The notes beneath the pieces were generated by a model, which was given only the letters and a program-made list of their open reading frames with translations, searched no databases and had not been told where the DNA came from. A stretch of DNA of 63,689 nucleotides, counting the filler, from Platydemus manokwari (lineage: Eukaryota): NCBI GenBank assembly GCA_037951405.1. It is 5 parts of 5 records of this genome, joined end to end, with 100 filler letters (N's around TTAATTAATTAA, not from the genome) between each part and the next. Parts side by side here need not be neighbours in the genome. Positions count along the whole stretch, not along the records: positions 13,647 to 32,860 come from JBBMOY010044457.1; 4 more parts are not named here. One strand, written 5' to 3'. Numbering within the stretch: the first letter of the stretch is position 1; each line of letters starts with the position of its first letter. Shown piece by piece: positions 14,839-28,379 of this stretch. A program made the translations under genes and the position numbers.

Positions 14839-15820
14839 ATGTGCTATTGTTTTTCTTTTGAAATAACAATATGAATAATAATAATAATTAAAAATAATAA
14901 TAAAATTATAATATGAAGTTTTTAATTAATTATTAATAAATTAATTAATAAATTAATTATTAATAAATTGATATGGTCATCAAGAAAAATGAAAGTTGCC
15001 AGTAGATTTCGTTTCTATGGAGCTAGTGATGTGACTTAAGTGGAATAATGGTAATAGTTCAACTGGTTAATGTCAGTTAATGTTCGAAAATTAAAATTAA
15101 AAAATTTTCGAATTTCTGATTAAAATCAGCATATTAACGAAATATTAGTTAAAAATTAATAACAAAAGTAACTTCATTATGTAATTTTCTATAAACTACA
15201 AATAAAATTGGTATGAATATTAATGTTTACATAACTCTTAGTTAAATATTTTTTGTTGAAATTGAAATGTAACCAATAATATTCATAAAGGTTGATTAAG
15301 GCTCGTATTATCATTTCAACCATTTGACCAGTTTTTCCATTATTCATCGAAATACTGATTGATTTTTAAAAGTGTGATGTATGTTGTGATCAATTGATAC
15401 AAAGTTCGATAATAATGATTTTTCGATTTCAATTTTTATCATGACATTTTGCTTTAAACGATGTTATATTTGTTGGGATCCCCACTCACACTCAATAGAC
15501 AACCAATAGAATACCCACACTTAATAGACACTCAATAGAGTAATGCATATAGCTTATAGAATGATCATGTATATAACTCATAAAAACATATAGCATGCAA
15601 AGCAAACAAGCCTTGGACTATGGATGTGACCAGCAAGATCCCAATCAAACTCAAACATTATTGATTGTTGACCCATCAAAATCCCAATCAAATCCAAATT
15701 CCAAATGAATAACATAACTGTTTCTAAATGAATAATATAACTGGTTTTTGATGCAACGACTAATTATAAAAATAATTGATCTTTGACTTTCATGTGATGG
15801 ATGAATTTATTTATTATTGT

Positions 15821-17000
15821 GTTGCCTTACATTTTATTTTGGCTACTGTACTGAAGCGGGGAGAGTGCGGGGAGAGAGAGAGTAATGGCAACAAAAATAA
15901 AATAAAATAATAAAAACAAATGATGAAGATTATAATGGTAATAAAATAATAAGAATAGAATAATGAATGCTAGAAATCAAATAATAAGCATAATATTTAT
16001 GTAAGAATAAAAAAATACATATATAAATAATTAATAAAAAGAACAAAAAAGAATTAATTAATAGACAGAGAAAAATAATTAGACAGAAAAGAATAATAAA
16101 GAAAGAATGTCGATATACGCAAAGTTATTTGTCGACGGTAACAATGTTATCGAAAATAGAAAGCGGGGGCTGGCTCAGTGAAGTATAAATACTGAACTGA
16201 AAACAGAGCCAGCCACCAGACAACAGTCACAATCACTGGATCATAGCGATTAGTACTAGTTAAAAATTTAATCATTTCGAAGCGGATCAGTCAGAGAATC
16301 TAAAGAAGAAGTATTGGAGTAAAATTCATTGGGGCAAAATTTCACGAGGATTTAGAGGATTCCAATTTCACGAGGAGTTAAAGTCAAGGACAAATTATTT
16401 CATTCCATTGTCTCGGGGATTTATTTTTTAGAGAATTTAGTAAGGAGTAGTTAATTTCTTTTAGTAATCATTATTCTAAATCTCATTTAATGAAGCGGTA
16501 ACGGTATTTTGATGATTAAACATATTGATAATAATTGATAACAATATAACATTGCCAACCATCTCTCATCTCCACCGCTTATCCTTCCTTCGTCCGCTTC
16601 GGATTTTGTTGGCTACTTGCTGAAGCAACGTGCCGACTATTTGGTAACATTTTCTAGCCGTCAATTGTTCCTTTTTGTTTCAACAAATAAATATTATTTA
16701 AACCATTGTCGTTATTGATTTTTATAATCAGTGATAGTCACAACTGTAATTTGAAAGCTAAGGTGATAACCTGAAAGCATTGTTAATTTGCGAATATTTG
16801 GATTAGCAACAAGTCTATTCGGGGAATATAATTCTTAAATTTTACAGATTCAGGGAGAGTGTGATCGCAAAAGGACTCAGTCAACATCTGACCTTTAGAT
16901 AGCACTGAACATTAAATTTTCCAATAACGAGGTCTTCATATCCGTTATTGAAGCCCCTTAGGACCAGTTAAACTAAAATACCGACCACCCAAACTCAAAA
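15821..17000 (+). mobile_element. LTR-like unit with long inverted ends plus downstream leader
   Basis: Imperfect inverted repeat 15851-15892 vs 16551-16602. TATA box at 16184. Segments 16575-16645 and 16870-16993 are clearly similar to 54435-54516 and 54807-54935. Confidence 0.55.
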
Positions 17001-19347
17001 TAAAATCATTTAACATATTTTGTCCAAAACAGTTTGTAATTGAGTCTGTGATGATAAATGTAACTTAACTCTTACTAAATACGAAATTTTAAACGTGTCT
17101 CCTTTCCATACCTTTCTAATTGAATACCATCATCTGTTGAAATATTGTTGAGTAAAGATGAACGTCAAACAAAAATACGATTTTGGCCCAATTAAATCCG
17201 GTTTTGACACTGCACAGCTACATAGCCATACAGACCCGACAGCCAACCCGTCAGAGAAGATTTCAATTTAGTAAAGGGTATGAATATACACAGAGATTGA
17301 CCAACCAAGGTCATGGGAAATCAATAGATCCAATTAAAATTGAAGAAATACTCTATCGAATTAAAATGTAACACACGAAATCTATGACGATTGAAAGACG
17401 ACTTATTGAGAGTTTCATGCTGATAAGGGTTGAGTTTATAACTTGATTTCTGTAGCCAATCAAGTCTATTAAAATAAAGTTGTTGTGCTTATTTTATTTG
17501 AAAGAAGTGCTGAGTAGCAGCAGGCTTACTTAAAATACAAGTTGTAAATTTCACTTCATTTTGATATAAGTCAGCAATATTTTATAATTAACCAAGCTAC
17601 TTCAAGACTTCAAATTTAGATGTGACATAAGATGCTTTTGTTTTTGTTCATGTATAATAGCTATGAAGTCGATTTCATAATGTAGCTTCACTATAACGTC
17701 AATTAATATCAAAAGTTTGCTATTCGTTTAGGTGAATCTGTTCATGTACAAATATTTATGCGCATACTTTGGTATTACCTTAATCATGTCAAATATTTGA
17801 ATCTGTATTTCTCTAGTTTTGATTACTATAATCTCATATTCTTATTTATTGTCTTTATTATACATATTATCGACTCTAGTTTGATTTCAACCTTTCGTAC
17901 TTCTCGTTTACTTAGTCTCGCTGATGAAATGTAAATAAAAAGAATGGTATGATTTTGAATTTCAGATAACGTAGCCCACATTCTTAATTTTCGTTCTCTC
18001 ATCAAGTTCCTGAATGGAAAAAATAATAATTTGTGTTCTAAGTATAGTTAATTTAAATAAATGGCTATCTTTGAAAAAATGTGCGTATCAAAATACAAAG
18101 AGTTCTGAATATCCTTGTTTTCCTGTAAGAAAATAAACGAAATACATTCTCTTCTCTTCTAGTCAATACATTCAGTAACATCGAATGCATAATCTTAGTA
18201 GGGTCCAGAAAAATTGAAGGTTGCAAAAATTTTACTTCTACCAATTCGCTCTAATCAGCACTTACATCAACAACTCCAAAACTCATCAAAAGTACTTCAC
18301 AAGCCAAATAAAAAATCATATTACTCGGCTTTCAACTAGGAGTTGGTTATGTATCTATACATCAGTATTTATATTTAATATTTGTGTGTAATTTTCTATA
18401 ATTGGGATTGCTTGTACGGTTGTCTAGGCATTCATGTGCTTAAATTGCCGAAATAAGGGTCCTAAGATGCAAAATTGTTTTTCTTTTGCGATTTCGTCTT
18501 TGTTCAACATCTTCTTTAAGCACAAAGGTCTTACTCGCCTGAAATTCAACTTTTAGGAAGATCTTCCTCTAATTCTGAGAATAACTGCCTAGGAACAAGC
18601 TTTCGATTTTATATTCTAGTCTCAATAATTTTGTTTTAAATTCGAATTCCGAATTCGTTATTAGAATGTTCTTCGAATTTGTGTTTCGTCTTAAGTGTGG
18701 AACTTTTCGACTGTTTAACCAACTTTGGCTTCTAATCTCATCTGATGAACCCATAATTTATTCTTTGATTATTGAATCCTGTTTAATTAAATGATAAATC
18801 TATAATAGATCACTCAACCGTGTATTTGTATTCTATCGGTTGTTCCCAAATTATTGGCTACCAAATGCACTATCCAAATACAGACTATATTAATAGCTAC
18901 TCTTCAACATCACAGATTAGTCGTGTTGAGTGTTTAAAATTCACCAGTAATATTCTTAAAATTGATTTAATTGGGCACTATATATTGGTTTTTAATTAAT
19001 ATTGATATCCGATGTTAATAAAAAACATTATGCAACCAGAAATGAATAATTTATCCTGAATAATCATCATGACAAGAAAATCATCCAAAAAGCTTGATTC
19101 TCTATTAATTTATTTCTGGCTAACTCAGAATCGAATTTGCCACTTAAATTGTCGAACATCGATACAACACTAATAAGCTTGTTGTGAATTCTATTTAACT
19201 TGAATTAATCATATTCATTTATTTGAATGGTTAGCGAGATATCTGAAGTACCATCTATCAATAATTCCATTGAAGCTGTTGATATCAGCATGATTTTAAA
19301 AAGACTTAAATCATTAATATTTGTGTTAAGCGAAAAAGCAAATTTTA

Positions 19348-19792
19348 GGCTAAAGTTAAGAAAAGGGGTTCTAAAATAAAATTATAAATTTGTTGAGTGT
19401 ATTGCAAAAATCTATTAGTTTATTTAATTATATTCTTAAAAACATTTTGAAAATTTTATTTAAGTACTTACTATGAATTTTTGTTGTTTGAAATCAAATA
19501 TAAAATACACATCAAAATCTACTAAAATTTAATTTTTTGAATGGTGGATCAAAGTAGGTTAATTTGCAATTTATTCAAAATTAGTCCAGACCCATCTTTT
19601 TAACATTAGAAGCAAATTGAGAGATGCTCTAAATTTTTACAATTATTTTATGAAAATAGGCAATGATATTATTAAACAAGTCTGTAGTTAACTCACTCAA
19701 TTTATAATTATAAAAATTTAAATGTAAAAACTCAAATAATCATTTAGAAGTGTTATTATTAGAAAATGAACTTGATTTTAAACTGTTTTGAT
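19348..19792 (+). mobile_element. Merlin MITE, 3'-truncated
   Basis: Starts GGCTAAAGTTAAGAAAAGGGGTTCTAAAATAAA and is colinear with 1788-2190. Confidence 0.85.
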
Positions 19793-20700
19793 CCTAAGGC
19801 TTAATTATATTGAAAATTGCCTACATAGGCACAGCTTCCTATTATTCAGATACGTGTTTCACTGCATGGTGCTCCTTTTGATCTTCATATATTAGCGGAT
19901 TTATGTTATATCGCTTATCAACCAACATTTCAGTTCTTAGATACTATAATATGTGCGAGTTATTTTCTAAATTGCAAATATAAACGATGCAGTTTTCTAC
20001 AGTGAAGGTTAACCGGTTAATCGTTAGAAAATACCTGGTGATTTCCAAATCCATATATACATTTGTGAAAGATTTTTGATGGGTCCCAGCAAAATTCTAA
20101 TTGATGGAAAACATGTCCACAATCAATAAATCTATTGTTAAAAAATGAGAACGAGGATTTAACTTGAATGAAAATCGAATAATAATAAGTTTTATCATTA
20201 TGAATATTAAAATATTAAAAAATAGAATATTTTTTTAAAATAAATATTTTGCATATTATTTCATTTAAAAAACCTAGTTTACCACGAAAGTTTTTTTAAT
20301 TTCTAAAAATTAAAATTTCCTGAAGAAAACAGGAAAGATCCATCCAGTGGTGTCGACTTTCATTTTACAATATTATTGATTAATAGGTTTCTCTTAACGT
20401 CACAATTGAAGTAAATTGTATGTTATTCTCTGCATGGGTATATTTTCAAATGGGCTTTTAATTTAATAATCGAACCGATTAAAATCACAGAGAAAGGGAG
20501 ATAAATTATTAGTTTAATAAAAACAGGTAATTATACTGATAAATGTTCGGTTTGTTGTATCGGTAATTCACAAGTATCTCGCATAATTTAGTGGGTGACC
20601 GAGCTTACATTGATATACAATGTTATATTTATTTTTGGATCATAAATATTGATGTAAATTGTGATGTGTTATTTTAAATTACATTTCCATATTACAATTT

Positions 20701-20826
20701 AAAATTTATTTAGTGCATTGGAAAAATCTATATAGTTTATTTAATTATATTCATTAAAAACATTTTGAATTTTTGATTCAATTATTTAAGAAGAATTTTA
20801 GAGGCTTGAAATCAAATATTAAATAG
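20701..20826 (+). mobile_element. Merlin MITE internal fragment
   Basis: AGTGCATTGGAAAAATCTATATAGTTTATTTAATTATATTC...TTGAAATCAAATATTAAATAG matches the left subterminal region of the family. Confidence 0.75.
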
Positions 20827-22231
20827 GGTAGAGCTGTAAGGAGTAGCTAGTATAGTCAGTATAGATATACCACCGATCCTAAAAATATTTTTTTTTGAGT
20901 TTTTAGGATAAATTATGGACTCAAAAGTAAATGTGAAATATTTTTCAAACAAAAATTAATCTAATGGAAAAAAATAAGCAAACGAGCTCAAAATCAATAA
21001 AACTTTCAATGTATTTAATACTAATCTTTTAACAATACATCTCTAATTAAATAAATATATCGAGGCTTAATTAAAATAAACATTATCTTTATAAGCCGTC
21101 TTATAAAAATGATTTGTATATCATTATGCCCTGTATTTATTGTTTTCCAGATTTATATGCCGAATGGTTTTTTTCGTAAATATAGTCAACTGTATAAATG
21201 ATTCATTAGAAAATTTTAGCATCTATTTGGCAAAATATTTTTTTACGGTTAATTTTTTCTACTATTTTTTACAGAAATCAGATTAATCTTGGCCATATTA
21301 AACAAGTTAAATCATTTTTTATTTCCATAAAATAATAACTGAAAATATTTAAAAATTAAAATCAACACAAAATCGATACCATTATCAACCAAAATTATTA
21401 CGTTATATTTACAAATACAATGTGGATTGGAAATAAAAATAATATTTTATACAATTACATTACCATGGAGTTACTTCAATACTAATAATAATCACTGTTT
21501 GCACCATAACTCTTTATTTTTCCATTTGAGTGGGAATTTATACTGTTTGGGTATGAAATGCGTATAATTTTAAAAAATTAAATAATTAGTGACAGACATT
21601 CATAATTAATGTGTTTGAAAGGCTGACCTAGATTTAGATGTCTATTTTATACAATCCATTTAGTTTGATGATAGCATAAACAAGCCAAAGCTAATCGTGT
21701 TTTGTAATTTAAAATTTCTCAAACTTGTTAATATTTATAAAAAATATAGAAGTATTGTTTGGTAATCTGATATTCAAAATAATTTAACTTAAATAACAAC
21801 TTAAATGAACAACTTTAATTAAGTTATTAGCGTTGTTACTTAAATATTATTTCTAAAATATTCGAATGACAATCCCCATTGAATTATTTACCAGTTATAA
21901 TAATTTATTTCAATTTTTAATATATACGGTTTATTCCAGAACGTGATCTACACCTTCACGCATTTATTTATTGTTTTCAAAAAAAGAATGAATGTATAAT
22001 AGAAAAATAAAAAAAGAAAATTGGACATTTTGGTGAACCAAGATAATTTATATCACTTATTGTTTATTTGTGAAAAATAAGCTTAAAAATACAGTTTAAA
22101 ATAATTGAACAACCTTAATGACAATTTAAATATAATGTTCCTCTAAACAACTTAAAATGAGAATAGTTATTTAAATAAAGACCAAAGCACAGCAAAAATG
22201 TGAACAATTGAAAATTATCATGATAAAATAC

Positions 22232-22826
22232 GGCTTAAGTTAAGAAAAGGGGTCCTTTTGCCTACTTTCGTAATAATGGATTTTCGCGCAGGAGATAACT
22301 TTATAACTTACATAATAAAATTAAATTTCATATACAACAGATATAATTGCGACGATTGATTTATTTGTATAATTTAGTTAATATCTCAAATTTTAGGATT
22401 TTTTATAGGGACAAAGTATAGTTTTAAAATCAAATTCCTATTCTAATCTCAACACTTATACATGATTTTTTTGAGTTTTTAAATTATTTTTTAAAATTAT
22501 AAATCGAGTTAGTTTGCTTCTTTTTATGGAATAATTGCGAAAATTGAGAGTATTTTTCAATTTGGTTTTGATGTTATAAAAAGATCTAGGATAATTTTCA
22601 ATAAATTGAAATTTGACCTACTTTGATCTCTTCAAATGATCTAATTTTAGAAGATTTTGAAGTTCTAATGTACTTACTATTTGATTTCAAACAACTAATA
22701 TTCTTCCTTAGTTCTCAAATAAAAAATTCAAAATGTTTGTAAAGAATATAATTAAATAAACTTTTTAGATTTTAACAATGCACTTAACAAATTAAAAATT
22801 TTATTTTAGAACCCCTTTTTAACTTT
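22232..22826 (-). mobile_element. Merlin MITE (short subfamily), near full length
   Basis: GGCTTAAGTTAAGAAAAGGGGTCC at 22232 and GAACCCCTTTTTAACTTT at about 22826; reverse complement of the copy at 1788. Confidence 0.85.
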
Positions 22827-23161
22827 CACTGTATTTTGTGAGTCACTAAATTTATCTATTAAAAATTTTATCTATTCGACAATAACTAGTGTGAGCATTT
22901 TTAGACGAATTAAATTTTAAAGATTTAACTCAAATTTTATATGTAATTATTTTAATTTTTTTATATAATTATATTTAAATATATAATTTAGAGTCAGGAT
23001 TTTTCAGTACGTTTTCGATGGGTGTTTTAGAAAACAGTAGCAGGTTACAGTTAGTAAGTTTGATAATTCTGAAGTTCGAATAAATTAAGTTATTAATATT
23101 AAATCTGTAGATTGTAATCTAATTAACATATCCTTTATATACTAGCATCCACCGATCGATC

Positions 23162-24002
23162 GGCTAAAGTTAAAAAATAGGGTCCCAAAACAAACTTTTA
23201 AAATTGTGAAGTGTATTGAAAAAATCTATATAGATTATTTATTTTAAATTCTTTAATAACACTTTGAATTTTTTATTTAAGTACTTGAGTAAAATTTTAG
23301 TTGTTCAGAATCAAATAATATATGCAAACGATTTTTAAAATCTCCTAAAAATTAATTATTTGAAAAGCGGGCCAAAGTAGGTCAAAATACGATTAATTGA
23401 AAATTAGCGAGGACCCCTTTTTTAACATTAGAAGCAATCAGAATGATATCTAAGATGTTTAGAGTTATTTTATAAAAAAGTGACTTCGAAATTATTGAGG
23501 AGTAACAGAAACAAGGTACTTATGTTTTCTCTTCAAATAAGTATATTAATATTTATTTAATAGATTGGACACATAGATCCCAAACCTGTCGATGTTGTAA
23601 TGAAATGAAGATTCGATCCAAATCAAATAAATCGTACAGGTGAGAATGCCACAAAAATTCGGAATTCAAATAGGGATTTGGTTCAACAATTCAACCTTGT
23701 CCCTTTTTGACATTCTGAATAAAGTATTTTTGGTGCACGGGGATCATACAAAAAATGATATTTGCAAAATGATATTCATTAGTAAACTAACATTCAACAA
23801 ATGTTAATAATTTTGATTAAAATCAGACCAAGAATACGTGGTTTTTGATTGTAAGAGTTGATTTTTGGTTTTTAATCTAAAATTGAATTTTATATAAAAA
23901 TTTATTTGAAAAATGATTGCAAATAAATTTTGATATCAAATAACTCACGAAAAGTCATTACTTTAAAATTAGGTCAAAGGACCTTTATTCTTAACTTAAG
24001 CC
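23162..24002 (+). mobile_element. Merlin non-autonomous element (long subfamily) with 8-bp TSD and transposase N-terminal remnant
   Basis: Both TIRs intact (GGCTAAAGTTAAAAAATAGGGTCC / GGACCTTTATTCTTAACTTAAGCC). Flanks GATCGATC / CATCGATC (7/8 identical). The interior at about 23553-23705 translates YLIDWTHRSQTCRCCNEMKIRSKSNKSYR*ECHK and, after a frameshift, ...WFNNSTLSL (Merlin zinc-ribbon region). Confidence 0.9.
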
Positions 24003-24800
24003 CATCGATCTTTAAAGTTTATGATATGATTAACTCTATATATTTTGAGTCTAAATAAAGATCTTTAAGTAAAACCTTTTTGTATCATAAGTCGCGATAA
24101 AACCCATATTTATTAACAGTTTAATTTTTTGTTACATATAACACATCAAATATCATGTGTTTATAAACCCAATCCAAAACCAATCGGTATCCATCACATT
24201 ATTTATCCGCCATGATTATTGTGAATGTGTTCTTAAATAATATAATATTGTGCTCATTTGAATTGATTTCCAACATAAATTAAACTAAAGAGTAATTATA
24301 AAAATATTGCTTGTGAAAATCAACAACGCACGCTGTCAATTTTATTACAGTAACGGCTTGTAAATATTTCACAGACTTATAAAGTTGCTATTCATTTAAA
24401 TCAAGAGGGTTAGTAAACAATTGTTCGTGCTCACTGTTAAATACATTGGAAAGTGTTTGGCAATATAATTGCATTAAATATTTGTTCAGGAAATGTAAAA
24501 TTCACGGGATAATTTGAATAAACAATATATAAATTACTGAATTCGTTGAACAAATCACGGAATAAATTTTCATAAATTATGACATCAGATTATATTATTA
24601 AGTGATAAAAGATAATTCAACATAATTTTGCCACTATGTGTGTGTGTAATTGAAACTGTCACCTCACATAATACCATCCTAATCGAATATCCATTCATCA
24701 TTTGACATTGACTTCTAGTAATAAGCTTTGTATAATTAAATATTTTAAAATTTTAGCATTCAGTTAGAACTTGTTTAGTTTCATCAACACATAATACCAC

Positions 24801-25172
24801 TATGGAAATTTTAAAATTAAAAATTAAAAGTTTTTATAAATTAATATCAAAAGATATTAATTCGTTTAAATAACAGTAGTTTAATATATAATTTTATGTA
24901 GTGACTTTATTTATTTTCCAATACATTCTTTAGTAAATAATAGCGACTTATAGGGTGACCAAGGATTTGGATTCGAATCTGAGAAGACGTATGGCCTGGA
25001 GTATAGTAGAGAAGGATGACGATATAGAAAAGATATTGAGACGCTATAAAATATAAATAAAATATAAAGATAATAAGAAGATATGAAGTAGAGAATTTTC
25101 ATTTAGAAAAGTATTTAGAGAATTCGATCAAGAGTTATCACGAATATGAAGGAAATCAAAGATTTTAAAAAG
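24801..25172 (+). mobile_element. TRIM-like element copy B (3'-truncated)
   Basis: Degenerate 5' repeat, then TAATAGCGACTTATAGGG...GGATTCGAATCTGAGAAGA interior homologous to 5139-5470 and 52606-52850. Confidence 0.6.
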
Positions 25173-26539
25173 ATATTACTTTGCTTAATAGTACGAGCAA
25201 AACATTTCTAAATATTACAATTTTTTTATTATCAATGATATTTATTAAAGTGATGTCTTAAAACTTTGTGTGTCTTTATTTTTTTTGAATTGAATTTTGA
25301 CTTATTGATTTTTGGTAAAATAAAACGTTTTACATTATGCACATTTAAGCTTTGAAACAGTTTGAAATACTAATAGTGATAATTGATTTCACACAATTGT
25401 GGTAATCCTCAATTTTGAAAAAATCTTCCATTTTTCAAAATTGATAATTTTTTGTATTTTAATTTAACTGAATGTGGTTATGTTAATTTTTTAAGTGTCC
25501 ATGAACGTTTCCCACGAATGTAAGTTAATCGCTGTATTGATAAGGTGATCCTATTTTATTGTTTGTTATAGTCTGCCATATTGATTTGGAACTTTTATGG
25601 GAATTATTGCTTTAAGTGCTTTTAAATATTTTTCACAAAAATTTTGCATCTATTTAAATTATCGTTTTCGATATTTTATAAAATTACTGATTGTTCGATT
25701 TGAGGCTACTGATAGTTTATGAAAATACTGAGAATGAATTTGTCATTTTATCTAACGATATTTTCCCAAAACAATAATTTAGTTTTAAAGTAAAATAAAA
25801 TTGAAATATTCGAATAAAATTAAAATAAATTAATGGCATATCGTGTATCAAATAATATAAAACCGTCTCACAGGAGATTTTTCAATATTAATTTTTGAAA
25901 GCAGTTTGTTTTCCATAGTCTGCTTTCAATAATAAATTAATAAACTTTCGAAATATCAGCTCTAATACATTTATTCAAATTTATTGTGGGTCTTCTCTTT
26001 CTATATTTTGAATACACAAAAAGCTAATTATTTTTTTTTGAAATTCCTTGAGTCTAGATATTAGTTTAGCCATCCGCTAATTTAATTATTTGAGACATAA
26101 ATATGATTATGTAGCAAGCGCTTGATAATCAAATAAATATTAAAAAAATTCATGAAATAAATTTATAAATATAATTTAAAATATATATATAGGAAATAAT
26201 AAAAAATAAATTGCATATCATAAAGTTAATAATAACAATTTTATCTACAGGAAATAAACTGAGAGTTAAAATGAATATTAGTCGTAATATGCATTGTAAT
26301 ATTGAAGTTAAGCAGAATAGTCGTCTGTTCAAATGTAGCGATTGTGATGATTCGTGAAAAAGATCATTAAATCGTATTGTTACTAGAATTGTCGCAGTGG
26401 ATAATTCCCATCATAAGTGTTATAAATCGAACTTTTTTGCAACTTGAAAGAAAATTAAATTTACGATTTTAGAGCCGATTTTCATCAATGAAAAATTCTC
26501 AAGCTGTTCCTAGATATAATAAATTACTAAAATAATTAT

Positions 26540-27540
26540 TACGTTGGGCATGCCTGTTGTAGAGCACACCAACACTCCTAATCTGATCAAACAAATCTTA
26601 CTCCAAAAGTTGATAGCTAAGAATTATTATTTATTACAATGTGCAAACTCTCTGTACAACAATAAAACACAAGGACCGAGCCCCATAAATAGAATAGTCA
26701 AAAAAAAGGGAATCTAGTCCGTATAGCGCTGGATAATACCAGCTTAAGATCTGCCAATGGTTTTAATACTATTAGAGTAGATACTTCTACGACACAATTA
26801 AAACCAGCTATCGTAATAGCCATTACGTAGGGTCAACATCTTCATGATATTCGAAATAACTATTCTCGAATATCTAATACAATTTTTTCTCTACCGATTC
26901 TCGGGATTACTGTCCACGAATGTCACGTTATCAAAGTTAAACGAAATAACCTGCTTTGATTGATAATAATTGTGAATAAAATTATTCGGCTTGCATTTTC
27001 TCAGAAATGGCTTCTCATGATTTCCTTTAAAATATTTCTTCTTTTTCATCTTCTAGTGCAGGTCAGAATCAGGCTATCTTACTTGATCACGCAATTATAC
27101 GAATTGACAAATACTAATCGGGTTTCCTCCATATTTATACTGGTTTACTTGAAGCAACGTTGCAGTAAACCAATAAATTTTATTTTCGAATGCCCGATTC
27201 CGACCAATTTTTTTCCTATCCATAAATCGATTGAATTACTTGGACCGATTCACAATATCTCTGACAAGCCAAATCACAATTTTTCACTAACTTCACTAAG
27301 TTGGTAATTTGGCGTGCATTTGTTCCGATTTTGTGACAATTTCTCAGAGGTCAATTCCATTATTAAACATCAGAACAATGACTTATTTTCATAAAGCATC
27401 ATTTTATTTTATTTTCTATTATTTTGTATTTATTCGCTGGGGACTTCAATAAATTCATTGTTCATCGCATAAATTTATCTCGCCAATGAAATTTTGTTGG
27501 TAAAACCTATGGGCACAATAAATAATTTTACGGTTAAAAT
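26540..27540 (-). mobile_element. Internally deleted Ty3/gypsy LTR retrotransposon remnant
   Basis: On the minus strand, a 5' LTR end ...TTTTACCAACA (27495) is followed by PBS-like TGGCGAG (27485). A decayed gag-like frame (RIIA*SSKIA*F*PALEDEKEEIF*RKS*EAISEKMQ) follows, then purine-rich GATTAGGAG and a 3' LTR start TGTTGGT at 26574, which is the inverse of ACCAACA. Confidence 0.55.
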
Positions 27541-28379
27541 ATACAAATGCTAGACAAACTAATTCCGTTTTACAGTATTCTTCAAACTTTATGAGTTTGA
27601 CTAAAGTTTAAAAAACTTGGCCTTATTATTTTAAAATGCCAGTACATTTTATCAAAATAAAGCAAACTGAACAAAGGGGGCTCGTAGATACGAATGATGG
27701 ATGCAACAGAATATGAATACATGGAGTTGGTCTTCGATCAATAATATTAGATATCCAATCTCTCCAGTGTTCCAATTTATTAAAAAAAATCAAATACCAC
27801 ACATTATTTTTTTTGTAAATACTATAAAATTATAACCATTTATTTGTGTTAGGGAAATTCACAGGAGAATAAATGAATGCATGTAAGTGTGCAGTTTGTT
27901 TGCATGTTTATTAATGATTATGTAGATGTTTTATTGTCAGTTACTACTTGCTATTAAGACATCCGATAATGTTAATATGATTACATCTTCAGGAGTGAGG
28001 TGATGTATTAACACAGTCGTTATAATGAATATATATAATTAACAATACTGTAAAGAAAGAATGCCAATTCACGGAATCCAAACTAAAAGTGAATCTTCAA
28101 CTAACAAATAAACGATGGTCGTAATTGATGTAAAATACCCCATACTTCATTAATGGCCGAAACAGCTATTGGAAGAAGGAGTCAGAATTGATTGTACGAT
28201 TGAGCTAGAGAATCGTGATTCATGGAACGATCGAAGGAAAGGACCTTATACATCCCATATAACTCGATTATCAAAGTTTATTAATAAATATTTGTATGTA
28301 AGTTTTGTATCTTGCATATCTTTTTATTATGAGTCGTTATTATGTGATTATAATTTTCTTTTCACTCTTTCTTTACTAT

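Noticed and set aside
17400-18800. Possible retroelement ORF remnant on the minus strand
   Set aside because: Too degraded; no RT, protease, integrase or env motif could be identified.
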